Source: Myxococcota bacterium (GTDB taxonomy: Bacteria > Myxococcota > SpSt-1050). From it: a DNA stretch of 30,667 bases. Below the pieces are notes generated by a model. That model saw only the letters and a list, made by a program, of their open reading frames with translations, was not told the origin of the DNA and did no database searches. The stretch covers positions 1 to 30,667 of the forward strand of contig JBMFOP010000032.1 in assembly GCA_049969675.1 (NCBI GenBank). The letters are read 5' to 3'. Positions within the stretch are counted from its first letter, which is position 1. Every line of letters begins with the position of its first letter. A program made the position numbers and the translations under genes. This document shows, one piece after another, positions 9,181 through 17,231 of the stretch.

Positions 9181-9603
9181 ATGCTTCAGAGGACATTGGG
9201 TATCGTCAAACCAGACGGTATCAGAAGAGGATTGCTCGGAGAGGTATTAAAGAGGATTGAGGACTCTGGACTCAGGGTTGTGGCATTGAAGATGAAGCAA
9301 CTCACAAAGGAAGAGGCAGAGGGGTTCTACTATGTGCATAAGGAGAAACCTTTCTTTAAGGGACTTGTAGAATTTATGACCTCTGGCCCTGTTGTATTAT
9401 TTGTGCTTGAAGGTGAGGATGCCATAGAGAGGTATCGTAAACTGATGGGTGCGACTGATCCGAAAAAGGCTGAGAGAGGGACCATCAGGGCAGATCTGGC
9501 TGAATCTTTAGAGCACAATACAGTTCATGGTTCAGATAGTCCTGATTCTGCAGGATATGAGATATCATACTTTTTTTCAACAATTGAGATTGTAAAGAGG
9601 TGA
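9181..9603 (+). CDS. ndk: Nucleoside diphosphate kinase
   Basis: [40 protein letters not shown]. Confidence 0.97.
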   Translation: MLQRTLGIVKPDGIRRGLLGEVLKRIEDSGLRVVALKMKQLTKEEAEGFYYVHKEKPFFKGLVEFMTSGPVVLFVLEGEDAIERYRKLMGATDPKKAERGTIRADLAESLEHNTVHGSDSPDSAGYEISYFFSTIEIVKR

Positions 9604-9607
9604 GGAT

Positions 9608-10726
9608 ATGAAGCCATCAATGATTCGGCCACCAATAATCTCTGAAAAGAGGAATATCAAGGCAATGACACTGAGGGAGATAGAGAGACTCATCACCTCA
9701 AAGGGGGAGAAGAGATACAGGGCATCGCAATTTTTTAAGTGGCTGCATTTTAAGGGGGCTCTCTCATTTGATGAGATGACCGATATCCCGAGGGCATTAA
9801 GAAATACCATTGCCGAATATGGACCAATTACAAAACTTGAGATAGATAAGAAACTTGTATCAAAGGATGGGACCATCAAGTACAGATTCAAGACCCCGAC
9901 AGGGCATTTTATAGAATCTGTCTATATACCGGAGAAGGGGAGGCAGACTATATGTGTCTCCACTCAGGTGGGGTGCAAGATGGGGTGTGATTTCTGTATG
10001 ACCGGTAAGATGGGATTTATAAGGAATCTCGGGACTGATGAGATTGTGGATCAGGTGAGGGCAATCGCATCAGATTTAAGGGTATCTGGAATGGGGAAAG
10101 AGGAATCACAGAAGAAGGTCAGGTCTCCACATAGAGGTCTGATTACAAATGTAGTATTTATGGGGATGGGAGAGCCACTTGATAATTTTGCTGAGGTGGT
10201 GAGGGCGGTTGAGATATTGACACACCCCGAAGGTTATGGCTTCTCTCACAGACATATCACTGTATCTACCGTGGGGCTGGTGCCGGATATGATAAAATTT
10301 ATCCACGAGGTAAATGCCAGGCTCGCTATCTCCCTCAATGCCACAACCGACGAGATAAGAAGCAAAATAATGCCAGTAAATCAGAGGTATCCTCTTCAGA
10401 TGCTAATGGATACAGTCCAGCAACTTCCCGTTAAGAGAGGGGATAGGATTACCATTGAGTATGTGGTGATAAGGGATGTAAATGATTCAGTTATGGATAT
10501 GAAACGGCTTGTAAGGCTTGTCTCCACTTTCCCCGCCAAGATAAATCTCATCCCATATAACCCGAATCCACTTTCACCTTACGAGGCACCATCCAGGGAG
10601 TTGATGATAAAGTTGCTGAGAATACTGCTTGATAATAACATCACAGCAATCATACGTGCAAGCAAAGGACAGGATATTATGGGCGCCTGCGGACAGCTTG
10701 CAATAATAGAGGAGGGGAAGAGATGA
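9608..10726 (+). CDS. rlmN: 23S rRNA (A2503-C2)/tRNA methyltransferase, radical SAM
   Basis: SKDGTIKY, IESV, CVSTQVGCKMGCDFC, MGMGEP, NLIPYNP, GACGQL. Confidence 0.96.
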   Translation: MKPSMIRPPIISEKRNIKAMTLREIERLITSKGEKRYRASQFFKWLHFKGALSFDEMTDIPRALRNTIAEYGPITKLEIDKKLVSKDGTIKYRFKTPTGHFIESVYIPEKGRQTICVSTQVGCKMGCDFCMTGKMGFIRNLGTDEIVDQVRAIASDLRVSGMGKEESQKKVRSPHRGLITNVVFMGMGEPLDNFAEVVRAVEILTHPEGYGFSHRHITVSTVGLVPDMIKFIHEVNARLAISLNATTDEIRSKIMPVNQRYPLQMLMDTVQQLPVKRGDRITIEYVVIRDVNDSVMDMKRLVRLVSTFPAKINLIPYNPNPLSPYEAPSRELMIKLLRILLDNNITAIIRASKGQDIMGACGQLAIIEEGKR

Positions 10727-11604
10727 GTAAAAATGTTATTGGTGTAATTGGAGGCAGTGGTCTCTATCAGATTGAAGGGCTGAATGTCAAAGAGGAGAGA
10801 AGGCTCAAAACACCTTATGGCTCACCATCGGACGCATATATTCTGGGAGAGCTGAACGGGGTTGAGATGGTATTTCTGGCGCGTCACAGCAGGAGACACA
10901 CAATACCACCACACCAGATAAATTATCGGGCAAATATCTACGGATTCAAACTCCTTGGTGTCACAAAACTCATATCTGTATCAGCCGTTGGTTCAATGAA
11001 GGAAGATATAAAGCCCTCCCATATGGTAGTTCCATATCAGTTCTTTGACAGAACTACATTGAGACCCAGGACATTCTTTGAAGATGGGATTGTTGCCCAT
11101 GTCTCTTTAGCAGATGCGGTATGTAAATCCCTTGCCCACAGGATAGCCAGTGCCGCGAGGGAGGAGAGGCTTACAGTTCACGAGGGTGGAACATATATCT
11201 GTATTGAAGGCCCCACCTTCTCCACAAGGGCAGAGTCTGAGATATTTAGAAAATGGGGGGTTGATATAATAGGGATGACCAATCTCCCCGAGGCGAGACT
11301 CGCCCGCGAGGCAGAGATCTGCTACGCCACGCTTGCACTCTCAACAGACTATGACTGCTGGTATGAACACTCAGAAGATGTAAATGCACTTATGGTTATT
11401 GAGATAATGAAGAGGAATGTGGAGAACGCCAAGAAGGTTATAAAGAGGGTTGTAACAGAGATTGATGCAGATGAGGTATGCACCTGCAATAAGGCACTTG
11501 CGAATTCTATCGTTACATCAGAGAAGAATATCTCCTTTGCAGTCTACAAACGACTTAAACCAATAATCGGAAAATATGTAAAGCCTTCAAAAGGAAAGAA
11601 ATAG
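10723..11604 (+). CDS. mtnP: S-methyl-5'-thioadenosine phosphorylase
   Basis: IGGSGLY, TPYGSPS, ARH, NYRANI, SAVGS, EGPTFSTRAES, IGMT..PEA.LARE, TDYDCW. ATGA overlap with rlmN. Confidence 0.93.
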   Translation: MSKNVIGVIGGSGLYQIEGLNVKEERRLKTPYGSPSDAYILGELNGVEMVFLARHSRRHTIPPHQINYRANIYGFKLLGVTKLISVSAVGSMKEDIKPSHMVVPYQFFDRTTLRPRTFFEDGIVAHVSLADAVCKSLAHRIASAAREERLTVHEGGTYICIEGPTFSTRAESEIFRKWGVDIIGMTNLPEARLAREAEICYATLALSTDYDCWYEHSEDVNALMVIEIMKRNVENAKKVIKRVVTEIDADEVCTCNKALANSIVTSEKNISFAVYKRLKPIIGKYVKPSKGKK

Positions 11605-11610
11605 AGTAGT

Positions 11611-12645
11611 ATGAATCTCACAATGTGGAAGAAGGCGCTCCTCATAATACCTCGTATGGAGCGTGAGGAGTTCAGGTCTCTGGATCTTATTTCCAGATGG
11701 CTCATTATGACCCGTGCAGCAGTTTTGATAATGACATTTACCTCAGCGGCGATTGGTGGACTTCTCGCTGCAAGAGATGGTATATTTAACTGGTTGTATT
11801 TTATCCTGTGCAGTATCGGACTTATTCTGGCACACGCCACCAATAATATGGTAAATGATTTCACAGACTTTATTAAAGGTGTTGATAAGGAAAACTACTT
11901 TCGCACTCAATACGGTCCCCACCCGCTTGAACAGAATCTGGTGACCAGGAGGGAATTCTTTATCTATCTTGGAGTAACAGGTATTCTTGCCCTTATGTGT
12001 GGAATATTTTTTGTCTATGTAAGAGGGTATATAGCACTCCAGCTTCTGCTACTGGGAGTCTTATTTGTATTATTTTATACATTCCCATTAAAGTATTTTG
12101 GGCTTGGTGAATTGACGGTCTTGCTCGTCTGGGGCCCACTTATGGTCGGTGGGACCTATTATGTGATTACAGGTAATTTGAGCACAAATGTGATAATCGC
12201 CTCCATACCATACGGGATTGGTACTACCACAGTGCTGTTCGGTAAGCATATAGATAAATATGAGATGGACCACAAGAAGGGTATAAGGACAGTTCCAGTT
12301 TTAATAGGTGAAAAGGCATCAAGAATGATAGTTATAATTATGATGGTCTTTGAGATCTTATTTGTTTTATACCTCGTCCTGAATGGGTATTTTTCAGTCA
12401 TAATGCTCATAGTTTTGCTATCGTTAAATATACTGAGACAGACCATAAGGGAATACCTCAGGCCCCGACCAGAGGAGAGACCGGAGATCTGTCCACCCGA
12501 GGTCTGGCCGCTCTGGTTTGTGGCTATGGCATTCTACTTCAATCGCAGGTTCGGTTTACTATTTATAGCAGGCCTTGCAATTGATGTAATACTCGCAAAG
12601 TTTGGAATCAGGACAGATATATACTCATTGGTAAGGATTCATTGA
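11611..12645 (+). CDS. menA: UbiA-superfamily prenyltransferase, MenA-like (1,4-dihydroxy-2-naphthoate polyprenyltransferase-like)
   Basis: Multi-TM protein with HATNNMVNDFTDFIKGVD (NDxxDxxxGxD), YTFPLKYFGLGE..V...GP, and an atypical second motif KHIDKYEMDHKKGIRT. Confidence 0.7.
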   Translation: MNLTMWKKALLIIPRMEREEFRSLDLISRWLIMTRAAVLIMTFTSAAIGGLLAARDGIFNWLYFILCSIGLILAHATNNMVNDFTDFIKGVDKENYFRTQYGPHPLEQNLVTRREFFIYLGVTGILALMCGIFFVYVRGYIALQLLLLGVLFVLFYTFPLKYFGLGELTVLLVWGPLMVGGTYYVITGNLSTNVIIASIPYGIGTTTVLFGKHIDKYEMDHKKGIRTVPVLIGEKASRMIVIIMMVFEILFVLYLVLNGYFSVIMLIVLLSLNILRQTIREYLRPRPEERPEICPPEVWPLWFVAMAFYFNRRFGLLFIAGLAIDVILAKFGIRTDIYSLVRIH

Positions 12646-12680
12646 TTTAGATTTTTTATAGATCAGAATCTCAGCGGGGC

Positions 12681-12701
12681 TGCACCATAGATGGAGGTGC
12701 A
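12681..12701. terminator. Possible hairpin between the convergent menA-like and rlmI-like genes
   Basis: TGCACC-N9-GGTGCA inverted repeat, extendable by TCAG/CTGA across a bulge. No clear U-tract. Confidence 0.3.
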
Positions 12702-12719
12702 CTGATTATTCGGTAAAGA

Positions 12720-13883
12720 CTATATCTTCTCAAGTATAAAACCTTTGAGATAGTGTGATTCAGGGAAGCCCAATATCTCCCTGTGGTCTGGAGATTGTCT
12801 TAGATATTCTTTAATTACAAACTCAACTCCTGCATCAGTTGCGGCATCCCTTATCATCCTTGAAAAATCCTCATCACTCATATAATATGAGCAGGAGAAT
12901 GTAGCAAGAATACCACCCTTACTCAATATCTTCATCGCCCTCAGATTTATCTCCTTGTATCCTCTATATCCGCTCTCAAAATCCCTGCTGCTCCTGATAA
13001 ATCCGGGGGGATCCAGAATAATTGTATCAAATCGCTCACCTCGCCTTTCTAATCCTCTCAGATAGTCAAAGACATTTGCCTCAACTGTATGAAATCTACT
13101 CTTGTTATTTAATGCCTTATTCCTCTCAGATATCTCAAGTGCGATTTGAGAAGAATCAACTGATATTATCTCTTCATAGTTATTTATGTTGCATCCAAAC
13201 CAGCTGTGATAGCAGAAGAGGTCCAGAACTCTCCCCCGTGCATATCTTCCAACTACTGCCCTGTTTATCTTCTGGTCCAGATACTCTGATGTCTTCTGAG
13301 AATTGTAAAGGTCTACAAAGAATATATGATGGTTCTCTGTGCAGAAGAGTTCCTTACGCTCTTTCCCGTGGACTGTTTTTACAGACTCTGGCAGCCTTTC
13401 AATCGCCCTCGTCTTTGAGTCATTCTTTTCAAAGATCTGTAATGGATTAAATATTTCAGCAATCTTTTTTACTATAATCTCTTTTAAGTTCTCCATCGGA
13501 CGGGTTAGAGTCATAAAGACAATTGTATCTGCATATTTATCAACAATAAGTCCGGGGAGATTATCTGATTCTGAATGCACAATTCTCAGACAGTCTCCAG
13601 AAAGGGCGAGTCTCTCTCTATACTCCCCTGCCAGAAGGAGTGATCTTTCAATATGAGCATTGATATCGGTTATCTCATCCCTATCAATCAGTCTGAGAGC
13701 TATCTGAGAGTCTTTTGAATATAATGCACTTCCGATGAAGTGTCTCTTCTGGTCAAATATATATACAAGATCGCTCTTAATCTCTGTCATCTTTATTATC
13801 TCTGAACTATAGACCCATCTGTGCCCCCTGAGAATTCTATCTCTCCCCTTATTTGAAATTATGACCCTATTTTTCTCCTGCAT
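12720..13883 (-). CDS. RlmI-like class I SAM-dependent rRNA m5C methyltransferase (PUA + MTase)
   Basis: GHRWVY PUA start, HSESDNLPGLIVDKY, QKT..YLDQ..NR, VLDLFCY, IILDPP, TFSCS, ESHYLK. Confidence 0.85.
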   Translation of the reverse strand: MQEKNRVIISNKGRDRILRGHRWVYSSEIIKMTEIKSDLVYIFDQKRHFIGSALYSKDSQIALRLIDRDEITDINAHIERSLLLAGEYRERLALSGDCLRIVHSESDNLPGLIVDKYADTIVFMTLTRPMENLKEIIVKKIAEIFNPLQIFEKNDSKTRAIERLPESVKTVHGKERKELFCTENHHIFFVDLYNSQKTSEYLDQKINRAVVGRYARGRVLDLFCYHSWFGCNINNYEEIISVDSSQIALEISERNKALNNKSRFHTVEANVFDYLRGLERRGERFDTIILDPPGFIRSSRDFESGYRGYKEINLRAMKILSKGGILATFSCSYYMSDEDFSRMIRDAATDAGVEFVIKEYLRQSPDHREILGFPESHYLKGFILEKI

Positions 13884-14832
13884 AAATCACTCTTAGAAGT
13901 CTTAAAATGTTATTAAACTCTGCTGGTGGTTCGGCTGTAAAGACCATCCATCTCTGTTTTATTGGATGAGTGAATTCAAGTCTGTATGAATGTAGTAATG
14001 GATGGGTAAGCGATGAGACCTCCTCTCTTAAAAATTCATCCTCAAATACCTTTATCCTGCGTCTATTTGAATAAAAGTCATCCCCTATAATCGGGCACCC
14101 CATCTCTGTAAAATGCACCCTGATCTGATGTGTCCGTCCAGTAATTATCTGTGCCTCAATATGGGATGCAATCTTTGAGAAGGTCTCAAGTGTCCTGTAT
14201 ATAGTAATCGCCCTCTTCCCGAATCTTACCTTTGTGGTAAATCTCTTTCTGTTCTCTTTATCTCTGCCATAGAGAGTCTCTATTGTGGCAGAGAGGGGTT
14301 TGGGGACTGAATATACAATCAATCTATAGAATTTCTTTATTGTGTGCCTCTCAAACATCTTTGCAACTTTTGAATGTATATAATCATTCTTTGCAACTAT
14401 CATAAGTCCGCTGGTCCCCTTATCCAATCTATGCACTATTCCAGGCTTGATATCTCCTCCTAACGAGGAGAGCGATTTAACCTTATAGAGGAGGGCATTG
14501 ACAAGTGTATTTTCTCTGTGTCCAGGTGCTGGATGTACAACCAGATCCGGTGGTTTATTGATAATGAGTATATCATCGTCTTCATATACTATCTCAAATG
14601 ATATGTCCTGCGGGGTGATCTCTATCTTTTCCGGCTCAGAGATATTTATTGTGATTATATCACCATTTTTTATCTTCTTTGAAGGCTCTGTGGGTTCTCC
14701 ATTTAAGAGTATCCCACCGGATTTTATAAATTCAATGACCTTTTGCCTTGAGAGCCAGTCTAACTTTGAGGAGATGAATTTATCTATTCGTTCTCCAGTA
14801 ATGTCGGATTGTATGGTGACCTTCTCTGGCAT
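13867..14832 (-). CDS. rluD: RluA-family 23S rRNA pseudouridine synthase with S4 domain (RluD)
   Basis: RIDKF S4 domain, INKPPDLVVHP, GIVHRLDKGTSG, TGRTHQIRVH, IIGD..Y, LHS..L.F.HP. Confidence 0.93.
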   Translation of the reverse strand: MPEKVTIQSDITGERIDKFISSKLDWLSRQKVIEFIKSGGILLNGEPTEPSKKIKNGDIITINISEPEKIEITPQDISFEIVYEDDDILIINKPPDLVVHPAPGHRENTLVNALLYKVKSLSSLGGDIKPGIVHRLDKGTSGLMIVAKNDYIHSKVAKMFERHTIKKFYRLIVYSVPKPLSATIETLYGRDKENRKRFTTKVRFGKRAITIYRTLETFSKIASHIEAQIITGRTHQIRVHFTEMGCPIIGDDFYSNRRRIKVFEDEFLREEVSSLTHPLLHSYRLEFTHPIKQRWMVFTAEPPAEFNNILRLLRVIYAGEK

Positions 14833-15099
14833 CTACCAGATCTTTGACCTTACATGGGCTTTGGATTTGAGGATTACATCAACGAGTGCCCTGTCAAAGA
14901 GGTTGGCATTCGGGTCTATCTCTGGCTTGATCCTCTGTTTATACAACTTTCTGCCTTCCTCAAATATAGCCGCCATAGATTCAAAAAGATTGTCTTTTAT
15001 AATGCCTTCAACAATCTTATTCTCGTGATATATTGCAATATCAGAGGCAATCGCCTTTGCAAGTCTTATTGCCTGTTCTACATTGTCAATGAGTGGCAT
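14833..15099 (-). CDS. romX: RomX-like small protein (putative MglA GEF-complex component)
   Basis: 88 aa from ATG 15099 (GGAG SD). RLAKAIASDIAIY.E.KI..GI..DNLFE.....EEGR.LYK.R......N.F.RA..D..L.SKAHV.SKIW resembles Myxococcus RomX as I recall it. Lies directly upstream of rluD. Recalled similarity, not a computed alignment. Confidence 0.72.
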   Translation of the reverse strand: MPLIDNVEQAIRLAKAIASDIAIYHENKIVEGIIKDNLFESMAAIFEEGRKLYKQRIKPEIDPNANLFDRALVDVILKSKAHVRSKIW

Positions 15100-15122
15100 A
15101 TCAACTCCAGATTCAAGTAGCA

Positions 15123-15150
15123 ATTATAATATGATTATGATGGTTGTCAA
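15123..15150 (-). promoter_or_regulatory. Consensus sigma70 promoter for the romX-rluD-rlmI operon
   Basis: Minus strand TTGACA (15150-15145), 16 nt, TATAAT (15128-15123). Confidence 0.75.
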
Positions 15151-15197
15151 TTTTAATTTTGCCTGCAATTTTGTATATTTATGGATTTAATAGTTTA

Positions 15198-17054
15198 TTA
15201 TTGGATGTAATTGATATCAAGACCACTCCTGTCAAGTGAAAGTATTGACTGTGCGAGCCACTCAGTTCGGGTCATCAGGTGATTGATATAGAATTGGGCA
15301 GTTTTAATCTTTCCATCGTAAAATGCCGCCTCTGGATTCTCACTTATCTCTTTTGCCTTTGCCTCATCATTCTTAATTCCCTTCTTCTCAAAGAGCTCAT
15401 TAAGTCTCTTCTCGGCGACCATTGCCGCCTTTACCCAGAGCCACCCGAGTATGGTATCACCGAACATATAGAGGTAATTTGTAGCGGAGAAGGCCGGGTA
15501 TGACATATCTCCACCCATAGAGAGCTCTGCAAACTTCATTGATACCTCTGCAAGTCTATTCTTTGTGGCCTCAATCTTTTTAACAAGTTCACCGAACTTC
15601 GGATGAGAGTTATTCTCCTCACACCACATATTGAGGTCATTTAAGAAGGTCATCAGTAATAGACCACCTTTCATTGAGATCTTTCTTCCAAGAAGGTCCA
15701 TCGCCTGAATGCCGTTTGTCCCTTCATAGATGGAGGCTATCTTGCAGTCCCTGAGATATTGCTCAACGGGGTATTCAGAGCAGTAACCGTATCCTCCAAA
15801 TACCTGAACAGCAAGCTCTGTAACCTTGAAGCCCATATCAGAGCAGTATGCCTTCACAATAGGTGTATACAGGTCCAGAAGCCCGTGATTTTTCTCTCTT
15901 ATCTCCGGGTCTGGCGAGTGTTCGGCAAGGTCTGCAAATACAGATGCCTGATAGCAGAGCATCCTCATACCCTCTGTATATGCCTTCATTGTCGCCAGCA
16001 TCTTCCTTACATCGGGGTGTTTGATAATAGGGACTCTCGGGGCGTCAACATTCTTAAAGTCCTCAATGGATGTACCCTGAATCCTCTCCTGAGCATACCT
16101 GAGTGCCTCAAGATATGAGGCAGATGCGCAGGCGAGCCCCTGAAGTCCTACACCCATCCTCGCCTCATTCATCATCATAAACATATACTGGATGCCTTTA
16201 TTCTCCTCACCAATGAGATATCCTATGCACTTACCATTTTCCCCGAATGAGAGTGTGCAGGTAGCAGATGCCTTGATGCCCATCTTATGCTCAATACCTA
16301 TGCACTGGACATCATTTCGTTCTCCAAGAGAGCCATCCTCATTTACCAGATATTTAGGAACCAGAAATAGAGAGACGCCCTTGATACCCTTTGGTGCCCC
16401 TTCAACCCTTGCAAGGACCAGATGGATATGGTTTTTGGTCATATTATGTTCACCGGCGGATATAAATATCTTCTGTCCACAAATCAGATAGTGGTCTCCC
16501 TCTCTCTTTGCCGTGGATTTAAGGTCTCCAACCGCAGAGCCCGCTGATGGTTCGGTCAGACACATCGTCCCCTGCCACTCTCCGGTATATAATCTATGGA
16601 CATACTTCTTCTTCATCTCCTCCGTCCCATAAGCCTTTATAAGTCTTGCGGCAGCCATTGTAAGCCCCGGGTACATATAGAAGGCAATGGATGCAGCAAA
16701 GAACATCTCTGAGGCAGAGCTATGTATCCCGTTTGGAAGTCCCTGACCACCAAACTCCGGGTCACCGGAGGTGGCGACCCAACCATTTTCACAGAACTGC
16801 TTATATGCCTCAAGATACTCCTTTGGAACAATTACCTCACCCTTTTCAAACCTGACGGGATTCTTATCACCCGCCTGATTTATTGGTGCAATTGTGTTGA
16901 TTGCAAAGTTTGCGGCCTCATTGAGAATCATCTCAAAGTCTTCTCTCGTCTGCTCCTTGTAGGCTGGCATATCTTTGTATAACTTATCCACCTCAAAAAG
17001 GTCAAAGAGAGTAAAGAAGATATCCTTCCTATCAATTGTAAAATTGGATGCCAT
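15198..17054 (-). CDS. Long (~600 aa) acyl-CoA dehydrogenase, FadE5/DmdC-like subfamily
   Basis: FGGQGLP, GTMCLTEP.AGS, GQKIFISAGEH, GIKGVSLF.VPK, IEHKMGI.ASAT, MMNEAR, QVFGGYGY, IYEGTNGIQAMDL. ATG 17054 is preferred over 17060 because of its spacing from AGGAGG. Confidence 0.93.
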   Translation of the reverse strand: MASNFTIDRKDIFFTLFDLFEVDKLYKDMPAYKEQTREDFEMILNEAANFAINTIAPINQAGDKNPVRFEKGEVIVPKEYLEAYKQFCENGWVATSGDPEFGGQGLPNGIHSSASEMFFAASIAFYMYPGLTMAAARLIKAYGTEEMKKKYVHRLYTGEWQGTMCLTEPSAGSAVGDLKSTAKREGDHYLICGQKIFISAGEHNMTKNHIHLVLARVEGAPKGIKGVSLFLVPKYLVNEDGSLGERNDVQCIGIEHKMGIKASATCTLSFGENGKCIGYLIGEENKGIQYMFMMMNEARMGVGLQGLACASASYLEALRYAQERIQGTSIEDFKNVDAPRVPIIKHPDVRKMLATMKAYTEGMRMLCYQASVFADLAEHSPDPEIREKNHGLLDLYTPIVKAYCSDMGFKVTELAVQVFGGYGYCSEYPVEQYLRDCKIASIYEGTNGIQAMDLLGRKISMKGGLLLMTFLNDLNMWCEENNSHPKFGELVKKIEATKNRLAEVSMKFAELSMGGDMSYPAFSATNYLYMFGDTILGWLWVKAAMVAEKRLNELFEKKGIKNDEAKAKEISENPEAAFYDGKIKTAQFYINHLMTRTEWLAQSILSLDRSGLDINYIQ

Positions 17055-17100
17055 AGACATTCCTCCTGAATTAGGTTTTAATAAACAAATACCAGATGTG

Positions 17101-17129
17101 AATTTATATAAAGTGAGTAATTAAGTCAA
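17101..17129 (-). promoter_or_regulatory. Putative sigma70 promoter of the acyl-CoA dehydrogenase
   Basis: Minus strand TTGACT (17129-17124), 17 nt, TAAATT (17106-17101). Confidence 0.5.
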
Positions 17130-17135
17130 GCATTT

Positions 17136-17154
17136 TTTGACACAGTGTGTCAAA
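17136..17154. promoter_or_regulatory. Perfect 19-bp palindromic operator
   Basis: TTTGACACA-G-TGTGTCAAA in the divergent intergenic region. Confidence 0.65.
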
Positions 17155-17231
17155 TAGATGTCTGATTATTTAAGAATTCTATTGGGGGTAGGTTTTTACA
17201 CTTGAAATCAAAATGCACTATGATAAGCAAA

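Noticed and set aside
10723..12645. mtnP plus prenyltransferase as a futalosine-pathway (MqnB/MqnP) pair
   Set aside because: mtnP has typical MTAP motifs and its position is explained by the common ndk-rlmN-mtnP block. The prenyltransferase motif 1 is MenA-like, and no mqnA/C/D/E genes are present.
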